The notes beneath the pieces were generated by a model. That model was not told the DNA's origin. It saw only the letters and a program-made list of their open reading frames with translations, and did not search any database. Below, in pieces: positions 21,309 to 34,933 of a DNA stretch of 64,000 bases (the first letter of the stretch is position 1; each line of letters begins with the position of its first letter). The stretch comes from Neodothiora populina. Taxonomy: Eukaryota. A program made the translations under genes and the position numbers. The stretch covers positions 558,001 through 622,000 of the forward strand of contig NW_027191411.1 of the NCBI RefSeq assembly GCF_041146345.1, written 5' to 3'.

Positions 21309-23651
21309 TCACATGACAATGCACGCCTTTTGCTTGCACACTTCCAGATAACTGTCCTCATCTGCACTTCCCACAGCAGTACCCTGTCTCCTTTTGACTC
21401 CTGTTGCCGTCAGCTTCTGCTCGCCTTCTGCGTGCCACCACTTCAACTTCTGTTGCAGTCCACCATCATTCTCGTCCACGCTGATGCTCCACTTTCCCCC
21501 GCTGACTTCAATGTGCGTCTTGCCAGGTGGGAAGTGGTACTCCGGCAGGAACATCTCCGTCGGCACATCGCCTGGTGTCGATGCCTCTGCCGTCAGCGTC
21601 ACAGTGAAGGTGCAATTCACGAGATCGAAGCCATGTGTTTGCAGACGTCCGTGCGTGTAAATGGGTGTCGGACGCACATAGGCCTCGGCGGCTCGCACAC
21701 CCACAGAGTCTGAGTCCACCGACGGTGCCCTTGATGTACTCATCTGATCCACAGACATGGTCCTCTTGATGGTTTCCGGCGACACGGAACCCTCGCCCGA
21801 CGTTCTGCTATCGGAATAAGCAGGAGACGTCTTGTCGAACTGACTCGAAGAAGATTCTGCCGTGTTCGCAGTTATCGGCAGCGGTCGATCGTCAAGCGAG
21901 TAAATTGAAAGATCTTCGCCGTTCCAATTATCTCCCCAGTAGTGGCTGTTCTGTACATGCTGTTAGCTGGCGAAAAAGAAGGAAAGAGGCGTCAAAGCAG
22001 ATTCGTGTCGACTCACCGAAGGCACGTAGGTCCAAAGCGTGAACCCAGCTGCGCCAGAGCCCTCGAGGGCAAAGTGATTCGCATCCATTGCGCGCGTTTG
22101 ACTGATGTAATTCCCCGTTCTGTAGGCATACTTGTCGTCCATGTCGTAAGGAATTCCTATCTCCGTGAACACGCAAGGTCTCACGCCCATCTTTTCCTCG
22201 CCCTCTTGTCTCAGGTAGGAGAGTTGGTCTCGGAAGCAGTTTCTAATGGCCGACTCTCCCAGCTTGACTGCGAAGGCCGGACTGAGGTACTTGCCGCGCA
22301 TGATGCCAACAACATCGACATTCCAAAAGCGGTTCCACTTCTTAGTGATCAGTGTGATACCGTCGTAAAAGTGAGATGCAAAGACCATGTTGGGATCGTC
22401 GTCGGCGGTGCCCTTGAGCGCAGGCGGGACTTCGAATGGGCAAGACTGGCAGAACATGATGGTCTTGGGAAAGACACTGCGTATTGTTCTCGAATAAGTC
22501 CTGTAGTGATTCATGAAATAGTGGTTGGTGTAATAGTCGTGTGAGATGACGTCTCCACTGGAAGGGACCTTGGAGAAATAGGCGCTCTTGAGCAGAGTAT
22601 CTGACGCAGGATCCCAGACTCCATGTTGGGCCCACAAACACTCGCCCAGTCTCCACTCAGGGTCTCGTTTCCAGCCATAGTGTGAGTCGTCATAGTCTGC
22701 TGGCAACCAAGCCGAGGTGCCCTGGGGATCAATGAGCGCGGTGCCGGACTTGTAAGGTCCGAGGTTGCCGAACTCGTAGGTCTCGACTTCGGCGGCGCGA
22801 CCGGATCCAGTCAGTAAGCATTGCCAGGCGGTCGGAGAGGTGTGTTTTCTGAGATTCTGGTCAGCTGGCCAGACGGAGAGGTCTTCCCAGCCGATGTAGC
22901 CCTTGTTGGGTTCGTTCATGCTCTCCCAGCCGATGACGACTTGGTCCTCGATATCACCGGCGTCACTGATCTTCTGGGCAAGGTGCTTCATGGCTGCCAT
23001 GAAATGGTCCTGGAGGTAGTCTTGGATATTGACACCGTCCAGCTTCGCCTTAGGGGCAAAGTCCCTGCCGGCGAAGAACAGGGTGAGCATGGTCTGACAT
23101 GCAAGACGCTGGTAATTAGTGGCCCAAGCCATCTTGGGGAATTGACTGGGGTCCTCCCAGGTGTTTTGGACAATGGCAGCTTGTGTGGTGTGGAAGGTTT
23201 CTGGGTTCAGACCAGCGGCGTAGAGGGTCCACATTGGAGCCCCCGATCCTCCGGTGTATCGCGACCATACATCCTGGTGGGGATCCATGAAGACGTAGAA
23301 GCCATAGTCCTTGGCAAGTCGCAGGATGGCGATCGTGTCGTTGATAAAGTCGTCGTCGTATTTGCCCGGGCCAGCATGCTCGATGGCCTCCCAGGTGAAG
23401 ATGTATCTGATTGTGTTGTAACCCCACCTCCGCAGTCTGGTGAAATGCTCAGGAGCCTCGTCTTCCGAGAAGGGTCTCCCGACAAAAGAGACGTTGTCGC
23501 CGTCGAAGAAGCCTTCCTTTACGTGTGAGCACTGGTCTGGTTTCCTGGGATACTTTGCGTCGCCGGCGACGTTGATTCCGTGTAGCGTGACTTCGCGGTT
23601 CTGTGGATCGCGGAAGACGGGACCGTCGATGCGGAGCCGTAGCGAGGACAT
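21309..23651 (-). CDS. EGH1: GH5 endoglycoceramidase-related / sterylglucosidase (Egh1/EGCrP-like); intron 21951-22016
   Basis: SFVGRPF, TWEAIEHAGPGKYD, MDPHQDVWSRYTGGSGAPMW, acid/base motif MNEP, nucleophile TEIGIPYDM, WGDNWNGEDLSIY after splicing; C-terminal GH5_C-like beta domain. Confidence 0.88.
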
Positions 23652-24632
23652 TGTCGCTGTGCTGTCTATGTGTTGGTGTGGCGCAGCAGAAGTTGAGAGG
23701 GATCCAAGCACGCGGCTTCGAACGGAGTCACTTGACCGAGGTGTGTTGTGATGTCTCGACAAAGGACAAGGAAAATGCAGCAAGGTGCGGCGGATCTGAG
23801 ATGAAGTCGTGAACCGTTGAGAGTGGACAAGTTAGTTCCGGTATGCAGGTGTGTGGGCCGGATGGTGGAAGACTTTATGACAAGGTAAGACACAGATGGA
23901 AGATTAATTGCGCTGCGTTCTCGAAAGTCATGTAACAATGTTTATAATAGCCTTGCTTTGCATATGATCGCAATAGGTAGAGAGCCCCGCGGATGGGGTG
24001 ATGATGATCATAAGATACTGTACTTGTACCTCAAGGCTAAGGTACAATACCTAGGGTAAGGCAAGGTAGGGTACCTTGAGGTAGATAGCGTGGCTACTGA
24101 GCCACAGTTCGAGTGACGTACAGTACTGTATGATAACTCCACGGAGTATAAGGCTGTGATACCGGGGCTTTTATCGCGATGCCGTGGGCTTGAACCATAC
24201 CTCGAAGCCAAATCAAGTCCTCGGTCATCACTTGGAAAGACTTACGTTACACGCTACGGTGCATTCGTATTGATCCGGCTTGAGTACGTGGACTACGAGA
24301 GAAACAAGAGCGAACCTACTGTGCTCAATGTCCAAAACACGGGTTGAGACCGATACTGTTGCGAGGCATGAGGTAATGTGGCGCGTGCATCTCTCTCCGC
24401 GTCAGCAGTACTTGTACCTGTCCAGCCTGCCAGGATCCAGTCTAGCCTGATTCGTGCATCTGATTGTTTTAATACAGCTGGCCGATTTCACTTCGGTTGA
24501 CGTTCCATGAAACACTACTGTATCTCATATTGTATCTAAACACTTCTCACTTCTCCTTCTTTCCCCGTGTCGGCTGTAAGAGCATCCCCATGTATACCTC
24601 ATCATAACAACAAGGAAAACCAACTCGGCATC

Positions 24633-26264
24633 ATGATACTCCCGCTGCAGTCACTCGCCCTTGGCGTCATCGCCCTGACTTCCGTCCCTCTGACCAGCGC
24701 CTTGAGCAGCGCAGACATTCCCGCCGACATTCCTGTCTCGCAACTCATCTCGTCTGCCACGGCCGAGCTGGCAAAGGGCAATGGCCAAGAAGCCCTGACC
24801 TACTTCGACGTCGCCATCAACCGCGATCCACAAAACTACCTCACCGTCTTCAGAAGAGGTGCCGCATATCTCCAGCTAGGCAAGAGCTCCCAGGCGAGCC
24901 ATGACTTTGACAGAGTCCTGGCCCTGAAGCCTGGATTCGAGGGTGCGCTGGTCCAGAGAGCCAAGATCAAGAGCAGGAACGGCAATTGGTCTGCCGCCAA
25001 GAAGGACTACCAGGATGCAGCAAGGACGAGCAGCGAAGAGTTCAAAGAGCTGGAAGAGGCCGAGGGCGCTGCCAAGTTGGCTGAAGAGGCAGAGAAGGCG
25101 CAAGACTGGGCGGCATGTACTGCCAATGCTGATGTCGCCATTGTCGTGGCCGGCGCAGACCTCGATCTGAGACGCCGCCGCGCTCATTGCAGGTTCGAAA
25201 AGGGCGACATCATCGAGGCCATCAGCGACATGTTGCACATCGCCCAGACTTCTTCTGGAAGTGAAGCACACATGAAGATCGCAGCAACATCCTTTTACGC
25301 TCTCGCTGAGAGAGACGGCGGCATGGCGCAAGCCAGGAGATGTCTCCACTCGGATCCAGACTCCAAGCCTTGCAGCAAGATGTTGAAGCGCGAGAAGAAG
25401 ATCGACAAGAGAATCAAGAACGTCCACGACCTCATGAGCAAGCGCAAATATGTTAACGCCGTCAAAGAACTGGTTCCAGCCGCCGACGGCGCTGCAGGCC
25501 TCATCGACGAGGTCAAGTCTGACTGTCAAATATACCGCGACGAAGGCCTCATCCACAAGAACGCCCCCTCACGCCTCTACAACGACCTCGTCGAACTGAC
25601 CTGCGAAGCCTACACGGAAATGAACAGCCTCAAGAAAGCCCAGCCATACTGCGACGAAGCCCTGCTGCACAACCCCAACTGTCTGCCCGCGCTCATCGGA
25701 AAAGCCACCCGCCAACTTGACGCCGACGACTTCGAGCCCGCCATCCACACGCTGAACCAAGCCAAAGAACTCCACCCGCAATCGCAAAAAGTCAACGAAC
25801 TCCTGCAAAAGGCCCAGACGCTGCTCAAGCGCTCGCGACAAAAGGACTACTACAAAATCCTGGGCGTGTCGCGCGACGCCGACGACCGCGACATCAAGCG
25901 CGCCTACCGCAAACTAACCAAAGAGTTCCACCCGGACAAAGCAGCCCAGGCGGGCGTCGGACCTGAAGAAGCACAGAAGAAAATGGCCTCGATCAACGAA
26001 GCCTACGAGGTCCTTTCGGATCCAGAGCTGAAGGCCAGATTCGACAACGGAGACGACCCCAACGACCAGACCCAAGGCGGCGGCGGCGGCGGCAACCCCT
26101 TCCAGGGATCACCGTTTGGACGCGGCCCCGGGGGCCAGCCGGTTTTCTTCCAGCAGAGAGGAGGGGGCGGCGGTGGAGGTGCTCAATTCAAGTTCCAGCA
26201 GGGCGGCGGCGGCGGCGGCGGCGGTGCAGGCGGGTTTAATTTCCCTGGCGGATTCCCCTTCTAG
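24633..26264 (+). CDS. DNAJC3: ER TPR + J-domain co-chaperone (P58IPK/DNAJC3, Jem1-like)
   Basis: Signal peptide MILPLQSLALGVIALTSVPLTSA, TPR repeats, J-domain KDYYKILGV...HPDK...INEAYEVLSDPELKARFDNGDDP, Gly/Phe-rich tail. Confidence 0.92.
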   Translation: MILPLQSLALGVIALTSVPLTSALSSADIPADIPVSQLISSATAELAKGNGQEALTYFDVAINRDPQNYLTVFRRGAAYLQLGKSSQASHDFDRVLALKPGFEGALVQRAKIKSRNGNWSAAKKDYQDAARTSSEEFKELEEAEGAAKLAEEAEKAQDWAACTANADVAIVVAGADLDLRRRRAHCRFEKGDIIEAISDMLHIAQTSSGSEAHMKIAATSFYALAERDGGMAQARRCLHSDPDSKPCSKMLKREKKIDKRIKNVHDLMSKRKYVNAVKELVPAADGAAGLIDEVKSDCQIYRDEGLIHKNAPSRLYNDLVELTCEAYTEMNSLKKAQPYCDEALLHNPNCLPALIGKATRQLDADDFEPAIHTLNQAKELHPQSQKVNELLQKAQTLLKRSRQKDYYKILGVSRDADDRDIKRAYRKLTKEFHPDKAAQAGVGPEEAQKKMASINEAYEVLSDPELKARFDNGDDPNDQTQGGGGGGNPFQGSPFGRGPGGQPVFFQQRGGGGGGGAQFKFQQGGGGGGGGAGGFNFPGGFPF

Positions 26265-26674
26265 GCTTTTCTTCTTCTTCTTTCTTGTTTTTGCCTTTTC
26301 TCCGCTACTACCTACAGTACTACTACCCAACGCTGCGACGAGTCTTTGAAGACTCCAGGGCTCCGGGTTTTTCTCCCTTTTTCGTTTCTTGCGATTTTGC
26401 ATTGCTGGCCACTTGCATCTCCCCCCACGTTTTTCTGGTTTCCATCACCGCGGGGCCAACGGCGTTCACGAGGTCGAAGTGAACAAGAGATTGCTTCTGC
26501 CTTGAGTAGGTGTTTATCGGCGTGTGTTTCTGTTCTTCATACATGATCTAGCAAATATGCAGCGTAGCGATAGATTTTCGATTATTTATGTACTTTCCAA
26601 CCCAAGTCATAATAGCCACCCCTCCCCCCACCTTCTTTCCAAAATTCGAGAGGGAAAAACGGAGAAGAAAGAAT

Positions 26675-28107
26675 TCAAGTCCTCCTTTTCACCCCAATAG
26701 CAGCAAGAACATCCGCCGCGCCCAGCCCGGGTTTCCCAGGCACGATATCCCTCCACACGTGCTCCGACACTCGCTTCTCGACGTCCAGAACGCTCCAGTT
26801 GGGCGACTTGTCTGCGCGCAGCCACTTGAAGTCGTCGACTTGATCGTATTGATTCTCGGTGCTCGTCTGCGCTTTGCTGATCTATTTTCTCACGTCAACG
26901 ATAGCTCAAAGAGCGGGCTTCGGTTTTCTCAATCTCGATGAAACAAAGAAAAAAAAAGAAAAAAAAAGAAGAAAAAAGAAGAAAAAGGAGTGCTTACATG
27001 AACCTCCGGCAAGGTCGTGAACGCCAACCCCCGACAATCTTCGATAATAGGATGCGAAGCGCAGTGCAGATACACGACGCAATTACTGCTCTCGTGCATC
27101 CTGAACTGCCGCGTCGAGAGCACGATCACGCTGTTGTGCACGTTGGTGATGTGCGCTGCGCCGTCCACTTGGCCGCAGACGATCAGTGAGGAGTGGATGT
27201 CGCGCAGATAGAGCGCTGCTAAGGGGCGGGGAGTGGTTTGTGATGGAGCGGCTGGTGCTGCTGGTGCTGCTGCTGCTGTTGTTGGGGCTTCTGAGGCTGC
27301 TAGGGTCATGTCTACTACGCAGTTGCGCAGGTGGGAAATGGTGCCTGATGCTGTGGCGTGCGAGGCGGTCGTCGGGAGGATGAGGTGTTGGTCTGTGTGG
27401 TTCGAGATGGTGATTGTATTTGAAGATGAGAAGGATGGCAGGCGGAGAGTCGATCTGGCTCCTGGGTCTTCTGATGACTTGGCCGCGTCATTACTGGTTC
27501 CATCTGATGACGAAATCTGTCCATCTGCTGGTTCCGGGACGGGAGAATCCAGTGGCGTTGGGTTCACGGAGGATTCGGTAGATGAGTTGCCTGGTGCAGA
27601 GAGGTGTTGCTTTGACGCCAGTTTCTCTGCATCCGCCATGGATATCGCCGAGGCGTTCTTCCGCTGGAACCCCGATTTGAAACTGAATTTCTGTCTGGGA
27701 GCAAAGGAGGCGCGGGCTTTTTGTAACTTGTCCGAGAGAGTCTTGATCGTCTGCCTCATCGTCAATGCAAGCACATGGTAGACATCAGGGGGACTCTGTT
27801 CTTACGTTGGTGTACGTGCGTTGGTCATATGCGGGTAGATAACTCGACGCATCCTTCACTTCGGACGTGAGCTTTGCGATCCCAGACAGACAATAGTCTA
27901 CCGCATCATTTCTCTCGCCGCCGGCAGCACTGTAGTTGTCGAGCTGCTGCATGCGTTCCTGCAAAGCTTCACATCTGACTCAGTCGTCTTGTTCTCATCT
28001 CTCAAGCACTTCACGTACTGACCGTTTACTTCACCCTGGAAGAACCGGAAGAACCGATCCTGGTCAGATATCTGAGCATGTTGCTGCGATTGCATGGTGG
28101 CTGTCAT
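26675..28107 (-). CDS. TBCC: Tubulin-specific chaperone C (4 exons; last intron 26882-26997)
   Basis: QKARASFAPRQKFSFK, CARP/TBCC beta-helix RQFRMHESSNCVVYLHCASHPIIEDC, last exon NQYDQVDDFKWLRADKSPNW ending at TGA 26675-26677. Confidence 0.9.
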
Positions 28108-29257
28108 GATTGCGGATTAGGTGAGACACAAGACAAAAAGAGAACAGGGAAAGAAATATATATTCACTTTCGAAATCCTCAGACGACTCGTGCAGTAGCA
28201 AGAAGCAACCAACACGAGTTCAGTAACACTTATAAGAATTCGTCCCACACCGGATGCATACAAAAGTACAGTAGTATGAACTTAGCGATTTGAGGGTGTT
28301 TGTACCGCGTGACAAGGACGATGGACGAAAGCCTCGAGATCAACGGGGTGGTACTCGATCCACGAAAGAAGTGGACTTGAGATTCGATCTTTCTGCTGGC
28401 TCCGGGTCAATGCAGTTCAAGCAGGTTTATGGCTTTGATGTTGTGGCGAAGCACTGCAATGTACTGTGTCCCTTGTCTATATTGTATATAGTAACATCTA
28501 GTATCGGCAGTCTTGTTTTGCTCATGATGATTGTTTCTACAACCCCACAGTTGAGATGCCACTACGATGCGGGGTGTTTTTGAAAAGAGGTTCGGCGGGC
28601 CAGAGACTTCCGACTATCCGAGCTTTTGTGTGTTACCTGACATAGGGTTGCCGACTTGACGACGCGGTCTACTGCACGACGCAACATGCTCGACGTGAAT
28701 GCGTTGGCCTGACTATTGGATTTGCGTATCGATGCACAGCATGAGAGCGTAACATAGTTGGTGGGGTCTGACCACAGCATGGCAGATACGCTACAGACGA
28801 ATGCTGATGACATAGCATACAAGAAGTCGACACCAATTGGAAGGCAAAAGATTGGACGGGTTGAGGGGTCACTTATATGGTGGATTGACACTAAATCGAC
28901 CACAAAGGTGGACGAAGACCATAATACCATGCTGTGATCGTGAGTTTTAGCCGTAGTATTGAGGTCAAGTAGAAGAGACAGTGGCCGATGATTGTTCAGG
29001 AGATATGATCCTTGCTCGAATGGAGCCAGCACATGTCATGGATTTCAAAACGATACCTATGATGATTAGGCCAACTCACATAGGAGCATTCGCAGGTCTA
29101 GCTTTGTCTGAGCTCGTCAATGCTGGTGTATCGCAAGCATTGCTAGCTCAAGTTCTGTTACACCAGTGCTTTGGTCATTCCGGGAAACGGACAACAGACG
29201 ATCGATGTGGAAAGCTTTGATATCGATTTTGATCTTCGAACGTTTGCGAATAAGGTA

Positions 29258-29265
29258 TATCTACA
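29258..29265 (-). promoter_or_regulatory. Puf3-type element (UGUANAUA) in the 3' UTR of the complex I subunit gene
   Basis: The minus strand reads TGTAGATA about 15 nt after the TAG stop. Confidence 0.55.
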
Positions 29266-29279
29266 GAGGAGGAAAAAGT

Positions 29280-30046
29280 CTAGGGGGCTGCGGAAACAGG
29301 AGTGACGGGGACATCGTATCCATAAGCCTCCTTCAGCCTCGCCGCCCTCCTCTCTGCATATCCGGGAGCGTAGATGCCTGCGTGTGTCAGTCAGACGTCG
29401 TCTTATTCGGATGCCGGGTCAAGCTCACCTCTGCCCTCGCCGAGCTCTTGCACAATGACCTCTGCCGGTCGTCTTCTGTTCTTTCTCATGAACTCTTTCC
29501 TGTCGACCTCGTCGACGGTCGGGTCCCGGTCGAAGCCAGTGAGTTTACCGCCGCAGTAGCTGAAGGTTCCGAGGACGATTGCGATGCACGAACCCCATCC
29601 GAGGATAGCGGGAGCGGATCGGACTGCGCTGGATGTTAGCATTGCTTCGATGCGAGTGACACCAGGCGTGTGCATGTCGTACATCTGAGACCGAGCATTG
29701 ATCCGGCAAAGAAACCACCGATGGCAGGGTTGACGGCGTCGTCCTTTCGTCGGAGGTTCGCCGAAGCGCATTTGGCGAATTCGTATGCTCCTCCCATGGC
29801 ACCTGGGAGCGCTGTGTCAGCCAAAGTGTAAGAGCAATTGATTGAACCAGTCATACCGAAGACGGTGATTGTGCCGCCCGTCCTCGTGAAGACAGCCATG
29901 CCTCCAACATTCTGTTTGGTGAGTGTGTTCTGGATGGCGGACACGAAAGCGCCGGCGCCTGTGGTGATCAAGGTGGCCTTGATGGTGCCGCCAACGGCAT
30001 CCTTGGGCTGGTATGGCCTCTCCTCGGGGGTCTCGGTGGAAGCCAT
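29280..30046 (-). CDS. NDUFA11: NADH:ubiquinone oxidoreductase 21.3 kDa subunit (Tim17-like family); 4 exons
   Basis: YQPKDAVGGTIKAT, SAIQNTLTKQNVG, ASANLRRKDDAVNPAIGGFFAG, ELGEGRG|IYAPGYAERRAARLKEAYG; canonical GT-AG introns. Confidence 0.9.
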
Positions 30047-30745
30047 GCTGACAATTGGCGGACAAGAAACGGATAACAGAGAGTTGAATTGGGGGTGGTG
30101 GTTGTATGCGCGCCTTGTACTCCACTAGCCTGAGCCTGTGGGCGCTCGAAGTTGCAGTTCCAGTTGCAGTTGCTGACCATGCATGCCAAGTCTTGACTCG
30201 CTTGTCTCTGTGGTCTCGATATACATGACTCGGCGGCGGCGGCCAGCGGCACTCCCGAGTGGAGACGCGCGACGCTGCTCCACAGATGCCAAGACATGGT
30301 ATATCCAAGCTTACCTCCGAGTGGACAGTGACGTGCCTGCGTGCCTCTGTCTACGGGTATACCTTTGAGGTAAGGTAAGGTAGCCAACATGACCTGCTTT
30401 ACGCCAGTAGAGTACACAAAAGAATAAAGATCAAGAACGAGAACGGGAACACACGTGCTTGTACTCTGTACATGTCATTCTCTACGCGGGGAACAATAGA
30501 TCGACAACTCAGGCACAAGCCAAAGTCAAACCCAACGCAGGCATCAGAATAAGGTGACCATACCTTGCTCTCAACTCGAGCCTGCATACCTACAATATAC
30601 ACTCCCTGTGTCTGCTTCATCTCCGCTATATAGACTGGAGTATATCGTTCCATATACCAGTCTTCGACACTGCTCTTTGGTGACACTGCTCTTCAAAGTA
30701 AAGCAGGGAACAAGTCACATCCTCTCTATATCCACCATAAAGGCT

Positions 30746-33700
30746 ATGTCCTTCCAGGCTTCCGGACCTGGTATGTATCCAACAGGCAGAAGTCGCTCTC
30801 TCACACTTCATTCGCTGACCATGTCTGCTCAGGGAAGACTGCGCCCAAGCTCATAAGCGACTTCTATCTGTTCGACCCTAACCATGTCCTCAAGAATTAC
30901 AATGTCCTCGTTGATCCACCGCCACCGTGGGAGGATGGCAAGCCACTGCCTCACTTGCTAGACAGCAAAAGCTGCAGACACGAATACATCACAGAGCCTC
31001 TCCAGTCCCTTTTCCCTGAGCTTGACGAGAGGCCGAGACATGGCACCGTCTGGAAGTGTGCCTCTGTGTGCAAGAAGTGTCGCCTGCACGCGGATGTCGT
31101 CCTCGACTTTCGACAAGGAGGAAGTGCAGTCTGCCCCAACGCTCACTTTCCTCTGCATCACTTCAAAGCAAAAGACTCGGTCTTCACCGGTACCTCGATG
31201 CATTTCCAGTTCACCTGCACATCCTGGGGCTGTCGCGCTGCCCTGACCGTCACATACACCATTCCCTTCATGAGCAAGGAGACAATCGACCTTTTGACGA
31301 ATCAGGACAACCTCGCCCGTCGCTACAGGGCCGTGTTGGAAGATGACCCTGGCCGCAAAGATGTGGTCGTGACAACGCCTGTCGAGGCACTCTACCGCCT
31401 CAAGCGCTACACGGACGATTCGCTGAACCCCACCCACATGAAACGCCACTTTCCCGCGCGGAACAAGAAATTCCTGGGCGCTTTTGGCCAGGACTGCAAT
31501 CACTTCCTGCTAGGCCTTGGTTTCAAGCATGATGTAGGCGCATCCACGTCTGCGCTTTCTGCATGCAAGTCCACGCTAAGACCAATCATCTAGGAAACCG
31601 AGAATGCCCGCGAGCAGACGTGGACTTTACCCAACCCCGGTCTGACAGCCGACCCCTTGCAGCCTAATCCTCACCGGAAGATACTCGAAAATTTGAGCAT
31701 AGAATTGCAGATACTGCTCGACCGCTGGTGTCACGAAGATGGCATACCCAACCCATCCCCGAGGGACGCTTGGCGAGACTCACGTCCAGACATTGAGCGC
31801 TTGATGTCCGCCCAAGCATGTCAGTATCCAAACGTCTACTCGGCAGCTTTCACATACTGACATGATCAGATGATCGTTTACCCAATCGTGTGTTGAGCCC
31901 GACAGAAGCCGATCATCCGTGAGAATAGCCCCTATAAAGCAAAGACCCGCAATTGCTAATGCCTTCTCCTCGCAGCTGCTTTGGTGTTCTTGGTGCATTG
32001 GGAGATTTCTCCGACCCGCTTATCGATTATGCCTACAAACGCCAATCCACCGCTGATCCAGACAAGACCCCTTACTACTTTGATTGCCTCCAACAGCTTG
32101 CCCAGGGCAGGGGGAGCGAATACTTGTTCGTACGCACATCCGAGATAGTGTCTGAGGGTGTCGTCGGCAAGAGAGTGAGCTTTTATTCTTCGATTCACCG
32201 TAGTTCTCACGTTTCCTAATCACTCAACAGGACCTCGAAGATGCATACAACGACATCTCCGGTACCCGTGATCTCGCCAGTGCCAAGAACATAGACGAGC
32301 AATATATCATCAGCTTATACCGGGCGACCATTTCTGACTGTGGCACGGAACAACGGGCGAAGCTGAGACAGTCACTACAGAAGATCGGCCAGTCGCGCGC
32401 CAGCAAGGCAATCATGAACGCCGCATCTGACAGTAAGACTATCACATAGACTCTCAGACATGGACGAACTAACAGTCAACAGCCGTCGAGACCTACGATG
32501 AAGCGCTTTCTTATCTTGGAGCCGAGCAGGGTATGGGTGATGAGGCTATAATAGCTCTCTACGGTACCAAAGTAAGTCAGATCGCTAAGACCTGTTTGTT
32601 TGCTTTGCCTTCCTGTCAGGATAGTCCTTTGTCACATTCGACATGACCTTTGCAGCAAGAGGCTGGTTCTGCCAGCATTGTCTGCTCCGATTCTCTCCAT
32701 TTGCAACTTCTTGTACCTGTACCGATCATTTCTCTGACAAGCACACAGATCGGGGACAGTCCCGAGAACTCCGAGGCTGCGCAGAAAGCGGTCAAAATCA
32801 TCGCCGACGAGCGCAAGAGCGGAGCTCTACAAGGTTTTCTTACTACCGGCGAATTGAGCTCATATGAAATGGACTTGCCTGAAGCATGCAAACACCTGCA
32901 GATTGAGTTCAACCCCCATATGGATGAAGCTGTGCTCAGCACCGCTTTTGACTTCGCACTGATGGACAATCCTGGGCAGAGGACCCAGCAAGCGATCGCG
33001 GCTGTTCGACGAGCGATGCACGAACCCTCGACCCGCGTTGATACTGCGCGCGAAAACTGGCCCGTTGGTCTGATCAGCCACGGCAATACATGCTATCTTA
33101 ACAGTCTTTTGCAGTATTACTTTACCATCAAGCCTTTACGGGACCTTGTGTTGGACATCGATCAATACAAGTTCGATCTCTCGTCACATGAGACCAAGAG
33201 CGAGCGGGTGCAAAGCATTCATCTTAAGCGGTACGAGATTGAAGCCTATGAAAAGTTTGCCGACCATCTCAAAGTTCTTTTTGATCGCATGATTAAAAGT
33301 CCAAGTTCAGTCGTCAGACCAGATGCTGAGCTGGTTTGTGGTGCTTTTCTCAAGCCAGATGAAGTCAAGGGGAAGCCAATCGGGAAAGAAGATGAACCTG
33401 CAAAATCTATCGACGCCGATATGACTGGTACGGGACAAGACGATAAGCCTGTCGAGGTCAAAGATACCAGCTTAGCAGAGTCTATGGATACGACCAGCCA
33501 GATGATCACGCGTCCTGCTTCGGTCGCCAGTTCAGCTACACTCATCGAAGAAGGCGACAGCCCTGCAGTGGTGTCGACACAAGCACTCCTCACACCTCCC
33601 GCCTCGCCCAAAGCCGATCCTCCAGAACCACAGCAGAGACCCCCACTTCCACCCAGACCAAATGTCGAGAAGGCCTTGACGCAGCTTGAGATGGCCGAAG

Positions 33701-34933
33701 AGGCAGCGAAAAGGCAACAGGATGTTGCAGAGGTAATGGAAGATTTACTGCGCCGCCTCAGGGCCGCAATCAAGCCTGAAGGTCAAGATTCGCATGGGGA
33801 GCAGGTTGACCAACTCCGCGAGTGAGTGAGAACCACAACGACCATCTGGAATTGCTAATGACATGAACAGCCTGTTTAATATGCGCTTCTCTGACACCAT
33901 ACTCACGGACGGCAAGTCTCAGACAAAAGAGGAGGAAGATGCTACTAACATTCTGCTGAACGTGCCATATGAGCCTACGGATATCTATTCGGCGCTTGAC
34001 AGAATCCTCGATTTACGATCTGACGACGTTGCTGGCAAACCGGTCGAACTCTACCGAACTTTTGCTGCCCTTCCTCCACTACTGCAAATCAGTATTCCTC
34101 GAATCGCCATCGCCGATGGCTCTGCAGTCAAGGTCACGCACAGTCTGCGGCTCGAGGAGACGCTGTACATGGATCGCTATTGCGATACGCCCGAGGTTTT
34201 GAAAATACGACAAAGGTGCTGGCAAACAAGAAGAACGCTACGTTCTTTGAGAGCGCAGAAAGAGCTCATCGAAAACTCACCGATCAAGAACTTGAGTGGA
34301 CCTGAAGTAGTCGATGCGACGGCAAAGTTCATTTCTGGTTTGGTAGAGGTCAATACCGAGCTCGAGGAGCTTGGAGTCGGAGCCATCGGGGTTCCTACTG
34401 GTCTGAACGGAGAACTCGAAAGTGAAGCGGAAGCCATGCGCTCCCGCCTAGGTCCGATCGACGACGAGATCAGACGCGCGGAAGCATCTCTGCAAGGACA
34501 GTTCGACTCCTTCAGACAACACAAGTACCGACTGTACGCCGTTTTCTTCCACAGAGGTGGCGCAAGCGCCGGCCATTACTGGACCAACATGTTCGACTTC
34601 GAGAAAAACATGTGGCGCGAATACAACGACGAAAAAGTCGAAGGAGACAAGAACGCCGACACCATACTCAACGCGCGCGAATGGATCCACGGCACGCCGA
34701 CATATGCCGTGTACGTGCGTGATGAGGTCAAGGATGCCTTTGTGGATCCGGTCTGTCGACATCCGGAGGTGGAGGCTGTCACGCAGCAGGACGTGCAGAT
34801 GATAGACAACACGGCTGATTGGGTCGACGACAAGGGGAAAGAAAACTCGACGACTGGAGGAACCGAGACGACGTGGACGGAGGCTCAAGCGGGATCTCCG
34901 TCGGCTCAAAAGCCGCCTCCTCAGGGGTGGTGA
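30746..34933 (+). CDS. UBP2: Ubiquitin C-terminal hydrolase Ubp2 (USP/C19), multi-exon
   Basis: Micro-exon MSFQASGP|GKTAPKLI, Cys box VGLISHGNTCYLNSLLQYYF, QQDVAEV, His box YRLYAVFFHRGGASAGHYW...YND. Confidence 0.9.

Noticed and set aside
26941..26990. A-rich tract as a retroelement poly(A) tail
   Set aside because: It is the polypyrimidine-rich start of the last TBCC intron on the minus strand; no TSD or element body.
28200..29250. 156-aa and smaller ORFs between TBCC and NDUFA11
   Set aside because: No recognisable motifs, and mostly non-ATG starts; probably non-coding.
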